Assembly: GCA_039630575.1 (NCBI GenBank)
Contig: JBCNUW010000002.1
Location: 32,001-96,000 of the forward strand
Source: Candidatus Hydrothermales bacterium
Lineage (GTDB): Bacteria; Hydrothermota; Hydrothermia; Hydrothermales; JAJRUZ01
Direction: 5' to 3'
Length of the DNA: 64,000 nucleotides
Shown: one piece after another, positions 51,452 to 61,800 of the stretch
Numbering within the stretch: the stretch's first letter is position 1
Layout: every line of letters starts with the position of its first letter
Program-made: the position numbers and the translations under genes
Notes under the pieces: generated by a model
What the model saw: the letters and a program-made list of their open reading frames with translations, nothing else
Told to the model about the DNA's origin: nothing
Databases searched by the model: none

Positions 51452-53126
51452 GTTTTAAAGGGCATTTATTTTCTTTTATATGAAATTCCCATTCTTCTTT
51501 AAATTCTTTAATAATATCTTTGATTACTTTTAAAGAGTTTTGACCAAGAGGGCAAAATGAAGAAAGTTCCATAGTTTCTGCTATTTCAAATAATATGTTA
51601 ATGTCTTTTCTTTTCCCTTTTATTATATTTTTTATGATTTTTGACGCCTCATAAGTCCCAATTAAGCAAGGGATACACTTACCACAACTTTCCTCCATAA
51701 AAAATTCAATTATGTTCTCTGAAATACAAACTGAACACCTTTTATCATTTATTGCAATTATTGCTCCTGAACCAAAGGAAAGATTGGCTCTTGATAAAGA
51801 TTCATAATCCATTTTTATATTAAGATAGGATGGTAATAAAAGATTTCCGGAAAGTCCACCAAGAATTAAAAATTTTAAATTTCCATCTTTTATACCACCT
51901 CCAATTTCTTTTATCACATACTCAAGAGAAGTTCCAAAAGGAATTTCACAAACTCCTTTAAAGTTTAAATCCCCTGAAAGACTTAATAGTATGCTTCCGT
52001 GATTTTTGTAAAAATCTGCTCCTTTTAAAATAATAATAGGTATATTTGCAAAGGTCTCAACATTGTTTATAAGAGTTGGTTTTCCAAAGAGTCCTTTTTC
52101 TGATGGATAGGGAGGTTTTCTTCTTGGTTCACCTCTTTTACCTTCTATTGACTCCATCAAAGCTGTTTCCTCTCCACATACATAACTTCCTCCACCTTTT
52201 ATAATTTCAATATCAAAAGAAAAGTTGCTTCCATAGATATTTTTACCGAGAAATCCCTTTTCTTTTGCTTCATCTATTGCATTTTTTAATATTTTTAAAC
52301 CACTCTCATATTCTCCTCTAATATAAATAAATCCTTTCTCTGCATCAACTGCATATCCTGCAATTATCATCCCTTCAATAACTGAATGAGGATCATTTTC
52401 AATTAAAACTCTATCCTTAAATGTTCCAGGTTCTCCCTCATCGGCATTACATATAACAAATTTTGGTCTCTCTTTTTCCTTTTTTACAAATTCCCATTTT
52501 AATCCTGTTTTAAACCCTGCACCTCCTCTTCCTCTTAAATCTGCTTTTTTTATCTCTTCTATTATAGTTTCTCCTTCTCTTTTTAATGCTATTTCAAGTG
52601 CTTTATAACCTTCTCTTTTTAAATAATCTTCAATACTCAAAGGATTTATTTCGTAAACATTTCTTAAAATAAGTTTTCCATAAGGAGCAGAGATTGGAAT
52701 CTTCAAAGGCATAGGCTCTTTTTCCTTAAATTCTTTAATTAAATAAGGTATTTTTTCACAAGTTACTTTTGGTATAAGAACATCATTTATCATAATTGAA
52801 GGAGAAAGAGAGCAGGCGCCTAAACAACTTGTGTATTCAAGGGTAAATTCGCCATCAGGTGTTGTGTTGCCAATTTCAATTTTAAGTAACTCCTTTAATT
52901 TTGAAATTATTTTATCCTTTCCTTCTAAGTGGCAGGAAAGGCTTTTACATACTCTTATAATATTTTTTCCTTTTGGTTTTGTATGAAATAAACTGTAGAA
53001 AGATAAAAACTCATAAAGGCTTGCTAATTTTTCTTTCCTTTCTTTTGCTATGATTTTTGCTTTTTCTTTTTCTACATATCCTTTTTCTTCATGAATTCTA
53101 TTTATTAAAAATTTATTATCATCCAT
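51444..53126 (-). CDS. Fused NuoE-NuoF-like NADH/FMN-binding diaphorase subunit of FDH
   Basis: CKSLSC...CLGAC 2Fe-2S; GRGGAGF; NADEGEPGTFKDR; YVCGEETAL; ESCGKCIPC...C. Confidence 0.88.
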   Translation of the reverse strand: MDDNKFLINRIHEEKGYVEKEKAKIIAKERKEKLASLYEFLSFYSLFHTKPKGKNIIRVCKSLSCHLEGKDKIISKLKELLKIEIGNTTPDGEFTLEYTSCLGACSLSPSIMINDVLIPKVTCEKIPYLIKEFKEKEPMPLKIPISAPYGKLILRNVYEINPLSIEDYLKREGYKALEIALKREGETIIEEIKKADLRGRGGAGFKTGLKWEFVKKEKERPKFVICNADEGEPGTFKDRVLIENDPHSVIEGMIIAGYAVDAEKGFIYIRGEYESGLKILKNAIDEAKEKGFLGKNIYGSNFSFDIEIIKGGGSYVCGEETALMESIEGKRGEPRRKPPYPSEKGLFGKPTLINNVETFANIPIIILKGADFYKNHGSILLSLSGDLNFKGVCEIPFGTSLEYVIKEIGGGIKDGNLKFLILGGLSGNLLLPSYLNIKMDYESLSRANLSFGSGAIIAINDKRCSVCISENIIEFFMEESCGKCIPCLIGTYEASKIIKNIIKGKRKDINILFEIAETMELSSFCPLGQNSLKVIKDIIKEFKEEWEFHIKENKCPLKHE

Positions 53127-53707
53127 GAGATTAGAAAGATTAAAATTGAAAAAATAAGTCCGAATTTTTTGTAAAACAAATTCACCTTTTTAATTTCTTT
53201 TGATAAAAAGTAATTATATAGAATTATTGCGAGGTTAAAAGTTATAAGTGAAAGCAAAAAAGCAATACTTCCATTCACAAAGACATAATGAGTAATACCT
53301 GAAATCCCCCTTTTTACCCATCCTGAAACTTTTAAAATATATACTGCTGTAAGGGCAAACCCTAAAAAGCTAAAATAGGTTGAAAATAGAGGAATTAAAA
53401 TACCTCTTAAATAAGGAATTAATGAGAATCCTATTTCAAAGAAAAGGGCTTCTATCATAACAGCAACAAATTGGCAAAAGAATATTTTTGAATGAAGAAA
53501 TTTAAAAGATAAAGCAATTAAACCAGTTATAATAGATATTCCCTTTTTATCATAAATCTTTCTTGATAGAGTAAGAATTAAAATTCCATAGGCAAAAACA
53601 AAAGGAGATTTCATATTTACATTTAAAATTTTTAAAAGTTCCCATATCAAAACTTCTCCTATTCCCCATAGAGAACCTGCCAGGAGAGAAACACTGATAA
53701 AATTCAT
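53105..53707 (-). CDS. Integral membrane protein (about 6 TM), first gene of the FDH operon
   Basis: Hydrophobic 200 aa; overlaps the NuoEF start. Confidence 0.7.
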   Translation of the reverse strand: MNFISVSLLAGSLWGIGEVLIWELLKILNVNMKSPFVFAYGILILTLSRKIYDKKGISIITGLIALSFKFLHSKIFFCQFVAVMIEALFFEIGFSLIPYLRGILIPLFSTYFSFLGFALTAVYILKVSGWVKRGISGITHYVFVNGSIAFLLSLITFNLAIILYNYFLSKEIKKVNLFYKKFGLIFSILIFLISWMIINF

Positions 53708-53794
53708 AGAAAAATTATAAAGAAAAAAAAGAAAAAATTAAAAATTTTGTATTTGAAACATGATTCCTAAAAAAAATTTGATTATAATATAAAT

Positions 53795-54142
53795 ATGGAA
53801 TTTGCTTTAACATTTTTAGGTTTTGTCGCAGCTCTTTTAGGGATACTTCTTACATACATATGGAGAGCAAACGGAAAGATACAAAAGAGTATAATGGACA
53901 GCGTGAGGGAAATTATGGGGGCTGTAAAAGAAGTTGCCAATATGCAGAAGATATCTACTGAAATGCATAAAACATCTATTGAGATGCATAAACAATCAAT
54001 TGAGATGCACAAAACATCTATTGAGATGCAGAAGGCTGCGATGGAGATCCTTGAAAGAATTGAAAGGGGACAGGAAAGGATTGCTGAAATGTTACTTAAT
54101 CAAACAAAAATTCTTGAGAGGATAGAAGGTAAGATCAAATAG
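53795..54142 (+). CDS. Small membrane-anchored coiled-coil protein with SxEMHK heptads
   Basis: N-terminal TM helix; STEMHKT SIEMHKQ SIEMHKT SIEMQKA. Confidence 0.75.
   Translation: MEFALTFLGFVAALLGILLTYIWRANGKIQKSIMDSVREIMGAVKEVANMQKISTEMHKTSIEMHKQSIEMHKTSIEMQKAAMEILERIERGQERIAEMLLNQTKILERIEGKIK
53953..54036 (+). repeat. 4 x 21-bp imperfect tandem repeat (coding heptads)
   Basis: atctactgaaatgcataaaac / atctattgagatgcataaaca / atcaattgagatgcacaaaac / atctattgagatgcagaaggc. Confidence 0.9.
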
Positions 54143-54153
54143 ATTTATAGTAA

Positions 54154-54345
54154 TTACACAAATCCCTGTAATTCAATTTTTTCTTTTAATTTTTTCAATT
54201 CCTTAACAAATTTAGGATGTTTATGTTCAAATTCCTTAATCAATTTTTCAGCAAAAATTTTGAATTTTTCATCGGTTGTGCGAATTCTTGGAATGACTTT
54301 ATTTACAAGTGCGTCGTCGATATTTCCACCATATTTTATATAAAT
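54154..54345 (-). pseudogene. C-terminal remnant of a second McrB-like AAA+ protein
   Basis: Startless frame ...IDDALVNKVIPRI...KELKKLKEKIELQGFV* resembles the McrB end IDLAILMKVLPKF...KVLEMLYKLYTDGYASYL. Confidence 0.45.
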
Positions 54346-54583
54346 TCAAGATAAATTTCCTTTATATAAAAAATTAATTATTTTTAAAATTAAAATTTCT
54401 GTGGCTTCATTGGGTTTCATCACCAGAGATTTCAATATAACCCTATGTTTGTTATTTTTATCTAAAACCTTTTTAGACTTTTTACCATTTTGAAGATCTT
54501 TTGATTTGATTTTTAATAATTTTTAATTTTTAAATGAAAACATTAAATCGCTGAAAAAGAAAATTCACCTCCCATAACTAATA

Positions 54584-56536
54584 TTATCTTAAAATTTCAA
54601 TTTTCCTTTTATCTTTTTCCCCTTTATCACTATTTAATACTAAAAAATAAATTCCTGATTTTAAAAATTTTGTATTCAATAAATATTTATAAATTCCTTT
54701 GTCAAAATCTCTTTCAAATATTTTCAAAACTTTTGAACCTTTTATATCAAAAATTTCAAGAGTTGCTTTTCTTTTTGACGGGATTGAAAAAGTAATTTCT
54801 GCTATTTGAGAAATTATATTAGGTGAAATTTGAAGAAATCCAAACTTTTTTGAAGAATTTGATATTAATGAAAAATTTGGTGGCAATTTTTCTTCTACTT
54901 TAACAGGCTGAATGCTTATCGCATCTTCAAGGATGAATAAATATAAATCAAGGTCATTACCTGTTATACTTGCATCTTCATTAACATCAACCCATAAGGC
55001 AGCCCATAAATCATAGATTCCATAAGGGGCATTATTAGGGACAATAAATTTTCTTGCTCTTGTGCTTGCACCTATAGGTAAAGTTACAAGCAAGTCATCT
55101 GGTGGGTCATCTATAAAACCTACATTGGGATTATAAAGTGAGGCACCGAGTAAGATGTTCCCATGCATTTTCTCACAATAAGAATAAATGATATAATAAA
55201 TTATAAAAGTATCACCGGGTTCAACTTGGTTTTGTGAAACACTAATTGAATTTATTTTCATTGGACTTGCAATATGCATATTCCCCGGTTCATAATAGTG
55301 GTTTATAATCCATTTCCATAATCTTCCTTGATTATATGCCCATCTTCTTGAACCCCATTGACACATTCCCCTTCCATGCCCATAGCAACTTGTTCCTGCA
55401 CAAACAGGGTCTTCTATACATGGCCAGGTTGTCCCTGTCCCACTATATCCATCACCACATCCACAATTATTATTTTCTGCTGAATATTCTGAACGAGCGT
55501 AGTTAGAATTTTTCTCAAGTAAAATTCCATTTGTTATATAAGCAGCAAGTGTGCAACTTGCATAAATATCATTTCCATCCCATACTTGACAACAGGTATT
55601 ATCACATATATCATAATTTGGACTATAAGGATTTATTACATAATAAGTTCCATAACTTCTATAAGGAATTGCACCAGCTCTTAATGTGTGTTGTCCCCAT
55701 GAGGCAATCCATTCATCATCAAGCCCACTTGATACATAATATTCAAGACTCATGACAACTACATTATAACAGGTCCAGCAACTACAAGGTTTACCCACTC
55801 TTATTGTAGGCGGTGGATCCAAAACAGTTCTTAAAATATTCTCTTCTATTTTACCTTCAAACTCACCTCTAAATTCATCTTTAGAAGGTAGATTTTCACC
55901 TGTCCCTTTTCCTCTTATTTCAGGTATTATTTCCTCGCCTATCCCTTTTTTCATTCTTATTTTTAATATTAAATTTTCTGGAATTAAAAGGATTTCTCTT
56001 TTTAAAGTTTTATAACCTTTAAGATTCAAAATTATCGTATCCCTTGGAACATCTTCAGGAGAAAGGTACTCCTTTTCATGTACTTCTACCCAAAATTCAA
56101 ATATTCCTTTTTCATCTGTTAGAGTTTTTAAATTTTTTCCCTTGAATATAACCTCTACATTTTTTAAAGGATTACCTCTTTCATCCGATACATATCCGCG
56201 GATTCCTGTTAATCCTTCTATTTCAGGAGGGAAAATGTTTTCTTTATTCAAAGGGGAAAGATAAACTATAACTTTTAAATTTTCTTTTGGAGTTATGTAG
56301 AAATAAGTTTCAAGAGGAAGGTAATTTTCTGAATTAAATTGGAAACTGTATTTTCCTTCTGGTAAAGAAAAAACATGTTCCCCTTCTGTTTTTATTTTTA
56401 GTTTTAAATTTCCGTTCTTTAAAACTTTTATCTCACAGGGTATTGAATAACCTGTATAAGCATCTTCTATTTTAAAATGTATTATTCCTTCTGGTTGTTT
56501 TATACCCAAAAAGATTAAAATTAAAGATATACCCAT
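54584..56536 (-). CDS. SpoIID/LytB-like protein with N-terminal carboxypeptidase-regulatory-like domains and a T9SS type A C-terminal domain
   Basis: GYVSDERGNPLKNV; LE.YV..GL..EW..SW...LRAGA; ICD...CQV; GHGRGMCQWG; PN....IFDIKG....SGIYF. Confidence 0.8.
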   Translation of the reverse strand: MGISLILIFLGIKQPEGIIHFKIEDAYTGYSIPCEIKVLKNGNLKLKIKTEGEHVFSLPEGKYSFQFNSENYLPLETYFYITPKENLKVIVYLSPLNKENIFPPEIEGLTGIRGYVSDERGNPLKNVEVIFKGKNLKTLTDEKGIFEFWVEVHEKEYLSPEDVPRDTIILNLKGYKTLKREILLIPENLILKIRMKKGIGEEIIPEIRGKGTGENLPSKDEFRGEFEGKIEENILRTVLDPPPTIRVGKPCSCWTCYNVVVMSLEYYVSSGLDDEWIASWGQHTLRAGAIPYRSYGTYYVINPYSPNYDICDNTCCQVWDGNDIYASCTLAAYITNGILLEKNSNYARSEYSAENNNCGCGDGYSGTGTTWPCIEDPVCAGTSCYGHGRGMCQWGSRRWAYNQGRLWKWIINHYYEPGNMHIASPMKINSISVSQNQVEPGDTFIIYYIIYSYCEKMHGNILLGASLYNPNVGFIDDPPDDLLVTLPIGASTRARKFIVPNNAPYGIYDLWAALWVDVNEDASITGNDLDLYLFILEDAISIQPVKVEEKLPPNFSLISNSSKKFGFLQISPNIISQIAEITFSIPSKRKATLEIFDIKGSKVLKIFERDFDKGIYKYLLNTKFLKSGIYFLVLNSDKGEKDKRKIEILR

Positions 56537-56780
56537 TTTAGCCTCCCCTTTAAAATTTTATTTTATAAGTTTTGTATTTTTCTTTTGCCTTTTCTTCTAT
56601 ATTTGGTTAAACTGTTAAAAAAAAATTTGGTTTTGTATTTGTTCCCCTTTCATAAAATTTTCTTTTCTTTCTAAACCTATAAACATTATCAACTGTCCTT
56701 TTAAGTCTTAAATCTTATAAAAAGTGATTTCTACTTCACTTTTTTAATTCATTTATTACTTAATTTTAATTATAACGGAT

Positions 56781-57314
56781 ATGATCAGACATTTTAAAAT
56801 CCTATCTATCTTAATATCTTTTTTTAACTGTATTATTTGCCCAAAAAATTTGTCCAAGATGTAATAATAAAGAATACTCTAAAGAATTTCAATGGTGTCC
56901 AAAATGTGGAATAAAATTTGAACTTAAAACAATAGAAGCTGATATAAAAATAGAAGGTTCAAGAGTAACAATAACTTCAATTCCTACAGGTGCTGCTGTT
57001 TATATAAATAAGACATATAAAGCAAAAACACCTATTACAATAACACTTCCAAAAGGCAAACATACAGTAAAACTTACCCAAGTTATAAGAGCTTTAAAAG
57101 AAATTTTAATTAAAATATCACAAAAATGGAAAAAAACCTTCGGAGTAGTAATTCAGATGAAGGTTTTTCAATCATTCAGACAGAAGATGGTGGATACGCA
57201 ATAACAGGAGAAACAGAATCTTTTGGTGCTGATTATAGTGATGTATGGGTTATAAAGTTAAAAAGAAACTATTTATTTCTTTATTATAAACAAACAATCT
57301 TGCCACAATTGTAG
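56781..57314 (+). pseudogene. Frameshifted exported zinc-ribbon + PEGA + beta-propeller-repeat protein
   Basis: ATG 56781 MIRHFKILSILISF, +1 shift in T7 tract, then LTVLFAQKICPRC..WCPKCG..ITSIPTGAAVYIN..KTP..G.HTVKL; later WKKTFG / [24 protein letters not shown]. Confidence 0.65.
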
Positions 57315-57574
57315 TAATTTTTATCTCAAGTTTTTAAAATCTATCCTCATCAATTTCATTTTCTTCAAACCCTTTTTACTTTTTTTATTTCTTTGCTCAT
57401 CAAACTTTCAATTTGCTTTCAAATAAATAAGTTTTTCTTCAATTTTTTTATCTACCATCTTTTCCCTCATTTCCTGATCTTAAGCTCTTTAGTAAGTGAT
57501 TTTTAAATAATTCCCCGAATCCTTAACTTGATTAGTTTTGCTATGTCTTTATTTACTCTTTTATACTTAATTAA

Positions 57575-58831
57575 ATGTACAATTTAATTTTTTTCCTTTT
57601 TATTCCTTTTGAAAAATCAACTGTAAAAGTTCATCTCTCGAAAAACTATATCCTTTATAACCTTTACTTTGTAAGAGAAAATGAATTTGAAATCTATAAA
57701 CCATTTTATTTTAACCTAAAGGAGTTTTTGTATTTTAAAAAATTCAAGAATAGAATAACTCCCTATTATATTAGATACGATTGGGATATAGGAATATACA
57801 AAAACTTTCCAAAATACTCTGTTAAGTTCTTTTTTAACCATGTTTGTAATCATGGACTTGACAATGAAGGAAAGGACAGAAGACAGTGGAATCAAATTGG
57901 ATTTAAGTTGTCTTTTAAAAAAGAAAAATTTTATCTTTCTAATTCAATCGGTTATGTAACTTCACCTTTCGGACCAAAAAGAATTCACAACAATTATTAC
58001 TGGATTTTTTCACATATTCTTGCTTATAAAAAGGATTATAAAAAACTTTCAATCATTTTTAAACTTGATCTTACTGGATTCTATACATTAAAATCTTTGG
58101 TATATGAAAAAAACATTAAAATTTATCTTCAAAAAAACGAATTTTATTTTGGAGCCAACAAAGAAGTTAAATATGGTCTTTTAGGAAAAAACGATGAAAA
58201 ATTTGTTTTTCAAAATATTTTTTGGGGCATATTTAAAAATATTGATAACCTTCACTTTCTGTACGGCTATTTTTTAAAAAACATAAAACATAGTTTTTTT
58301 TCAAAAACCCTTGTAAAATATAAAATTTTTAAAAATATAAAAATCTTACTTGACATAGAAACAGTTAGTTTCCCCAAAATGCAAAGACCAAGATTTGACG
58401 ACTTTAAAATAGGCAATGAAATTGAATTAAAAAATTTAAAAATTACCCTTTATCACAGAGAAAGAAGGGATGACAATTTATTTGACGGTAAAACAGAAAA
58501 ATATAAAAAACTTAAAATAAACTTTTTAAATCTATCTTTTGGATTTTCATTCGATAGAAAACACTACCCTTTTTACCTATATACTAACTTATTCTTTGAA
58601 AAAAATCTCTACAAAAATAAAATATTCACTATCAAAAATATATCTTACATAACTTTTTTGATAGGAAAAAAAGAAAAAGGCTTTATTTTTGAAAATGGAC
58701 CCTCTATTTCTATAGTTAAAAATAAAATACTCGGACTTTCATTTCTAATTAGAATAAGCACAGAAAACGTTTTCTATAGCTACAGCTTCTTGGAAAAAAG
58801 AATATTTATATTCACTAATATTTTCAATTAA
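57575..58831 (+). CDS. Hypothetical aromatic-rich exported (outer-membrane beta-barrel-like) protein
   Basis: 418 aa, short hydrophobic N-terminus, alternating aromatic strands. Confidence 0.55.
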   Translation: MYNLIFFLFIPFEKSTVKVHLSKNYILYNLYFVRENEFEIYKPFYFNLKEFLYFKKFKNRITPYYIRYDWDIGIYKNFPKYSVKFFFNHVCNHGLDNEGKDRRQWNQIGFKLSFKKEKFYLSNSIGYVTSPFGPKRIHNNYYWIFSHILAYKKDYKKLSIIFKLDLTGFYTLKSLVYEKNIKIYLQKNEFYFGANKEVKYGLLGKNDEKFVFQNIFWGIFKNIDNLHFLYGYFLKNIKHSFFSKTLVKYKIFKNIKILLDIETVSFPKMQRPRFDDFKIGNEIELKNLKITLYHRERRDDNLFDGKTEKYKKLKINFLNLSFGFSFDRKHYPFYLYTNLFFEKNLYKNKIFTIKNISYITFLIGKKEKGFIFENGPSISIVKNKILGLSFLIRISTENVFYSYSFLEKRIFIFTNIFN

Positions 58832-58886
58832 AATTAAATCACAAATTTGAAAAAAAGAAAAAAAATTTTTTAAAATACAAAACAAC

Positions 58887-61800
58887 ATGAGAAAAATTGG
58901 AATTGACATAGGCAATCTATACCTAAAAGCAGTAAAAGTTGAAGATAATAAAATAAAAGAAAAATTAATGATTTTCCATAAAAAAGAGGTAATTCCCATT
59001 CTAAAGGAATTTCTAAAAGACAAAGATTTTTGTATAGGATTTACAGGCTCTTTTATAAAAGAATATCCTCCAGATTTCCCATACTTTGAGGAAGTGAAAT
59101 CGCTTATCTTCTCAGTCAAAAAACTTTACCCTTTTGTAAAGTATATTTTTGATATAGGAGCAAATTCATCAAAAATTATAGAAATTGATGAAAATGGAAA
59201 TTTAAAAAATATTTACAAAAACTATCTATGTGCTGCAGGAACAGGAACATTCTTTGACCAGCAGATAAAAAGACTTTCCCTATCGTATGAAGAAATTGAA
59301 AATTGGAATATTCCTATAAATAACATTCCCCCAATAGCTTCAAGATGCACAGTCTTTGCAAAAACAGATTTAATTAATAGACAACAGGAAGGATATTCAA
59401 AAAAAGAAATATGGGCAGGCCTATGCAAAAGTCTAAGTAAAGGAATTTTAAATTCTCTCTTAAAAGGGAAAAAGATAGACGGTAAATTAATACTTGCAGG
59501 CGGTTTATCAAAAAACAAATTTTTTGTTAACTATTTAAAAGAAGAGTTAAAAGATTTTTTGATAGAAAGTGAACTATCTCCTTTTCTCGGTGCAATAGGC
59601 GCAGCTTTTTTATCAGATATAAAATTTAACAAAGACTTTATTTTCCATTTAGAAAATTCCTTAAAAGAAAAAAAACATAAAAAAATAAGTAGAGCCCCTC
59701 AACTTACGCTTTTGAAAAGTAAACACATAGAAAAAAAAGATTTTCACGAAGAAGAAATTGACGGTGTTGAAGTAAGAATTTACAACATAAAAGAAAACCA
59801 GGAGTTAAACGTTTATTTTGGTATAGATATAGGATCTACAAGTACAAAATGCGTTTTAATGGATGAAAACTACACAATTCTTATTGATCTTTACACAAGA
59901 ACAAAGGGCGAACCTATCAAAGCTACAAAAAAAATTCTTGAAACAATACTAAAAATTAAAGAAAAATTCAATTTAAAAATAAACATCATCGGCTGCGGAA
60001 CAACAGGCTCTGGCAGAAAAATTGTAGGTGAGTTCATTGGTGCCGATATAATTGTAAATGAAATCACAGCCCATGCAAAAGGCGCTTTAAAAGTTCACAA
60101 AGATGCAGAAGTCATATTTGAAATAGGTGGCCAAGATTCAAAATATATAAGACTTAAAAATGGGAAAGTATATGAATGCAACATGAATTACATCTGCTCA
60201 GCAGGAACTGGCTCATTTATCGAAGAAGAGGCAAACAAATTGGGATTTAATATAAAAGAACTGGGAGATCTGCTAAAAGATATTTCTCCACCCCAAATCG
60301 GTGAAAGATGCACAGTATTCATGGATCAAGACATTGAAAAACTTCTTTCTTTAGGTTTTACAAAAGAAGAGGTTATGGGTGCCTGTATATATTCAATTGC
60401 CCATAATTATTTAAATAAGGTTGTTGGAAAGAAATATATTCCAAAAGGAAAGATAATCTTTCAAGGAGCAACTGCAAGAAATAAAGCCCTTGTTGCCGCC
60501 TTTGAAAAAATATGCGACAGAGAAATTGTTGTCTCCCCATACTCTCATATTATGGGTGCCTATGGAACCGCTATAATCTTAAAGGAAAATTTAAAAGACA
60601 AAACAAAATTTAAAGGATTTGAAATAAAAGATGAAGAAGAAAAAATCTGGTATGAAAATTGTATTCTTTGTGAGAATAAATGTAAAATAACCTATTTAAA
60701 AAGTAAAGACAAAGTTGTTTCTTTCGGCTATCAATGTGGAAGAGAACCCGATGATAATAAAAAGAGAGAAAGAGAAGAAATCTCCCTTTTTAATTTTTAT
60801 AAAAACGAAGCTTTTAAACTCTCCCAATCCAAAAACAATTTAAAAATATATATTCCAAGAATTTTATCCTCCTACTCCTTATTTCCACTTTACAAAACAT
60901 TTCTTGAAAATCTCGGATATAAAGTTTTAGTCTCTAAACACCCAGATAGAGAAAGTATTGAAAAGGGAAAAGAATTATCTTCTTCTGAATTCTGTTTACC
61001 TGTAAAAGTTTCTTTTGGACTTATATCAGAAATTCTTGATAAAGATGCTTTAATATTTTTACCTTGGATAATAAACTATCCTTCAAAAGATAAAGGTTAT
61101 AATTATTTTTGTCCCTATGTGGAATCAGGTGCGGGTTATATTTTTTCAACTTTTAAATCAAAAGGTATAAAGGAAGAAAAATTTTTAACACCTGTATTTG
61201 ATTTTCTTTTCCCGGGAAATTTATACAAGTATTTTGAAAAGTTGGGTATTAATAAAAATAAAGTAAAAAAGGCTTTAAAAGAAGGAATTAAAGCTCAAAA
61301 AATATTTGAAGAAAAAATTAAAAGGGAAAAAGAAAAAATTTTACAAGAGATTAGAGATAAAAATAAAAAATTTATTGTTCTTTTTGGTAGACCTTATATA
61401 ATATTCTGTGATAGTTTAAACCTTTTAATACCTTTAAAGTTTGCAAATATGGGCCTAAAAGTTATCCCTTGGAATTTTCTTGCAGGAGAAGAAAGTGAAA
61501 TTCCAATAAAGAATATGTACTGGTATTATGGAAAAAGAGTAATTGAAGTTGCAGAATTCATAAAGGATAAAGAAAATCTTTTCCCTGTTTATCTTTCCTG
61601 TTTTTCCTGTGGACCTGACTCTTTTTTACTTTCTTATCTTGAAGAAATTTTTAAAGATAAACCCTTTTTAATTCTTGAACTTGATGAGCACGGAGGAGAA
61701 GCAGTATTTCAAACAAGACTTGAAGCCTTTTACGATGTGATAAAAGATTATAAACAGGATAAAAAAATCTTTCATATTTCAAAAGAACTTGAGAGAAAAG

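Noticed and set aside
48725..53126. Complex I (nuoEFG) or [FeFe]-hydrogenase operon
   Set aside because: No other nuo genes and no H-cluster motifs; the large subunit has intact FDH catalytic residues.
53953..54036. Possible CRISPR or mini-array
   Set aside because: Repeats are contiguous 21-mers with no spacers, in-frame within an ORF; no cas genes in the window.
57300..57530. Possible small minus-strand gene
   Set aside because: K/E-rich but interrupted by stops, with no recognisable motif.
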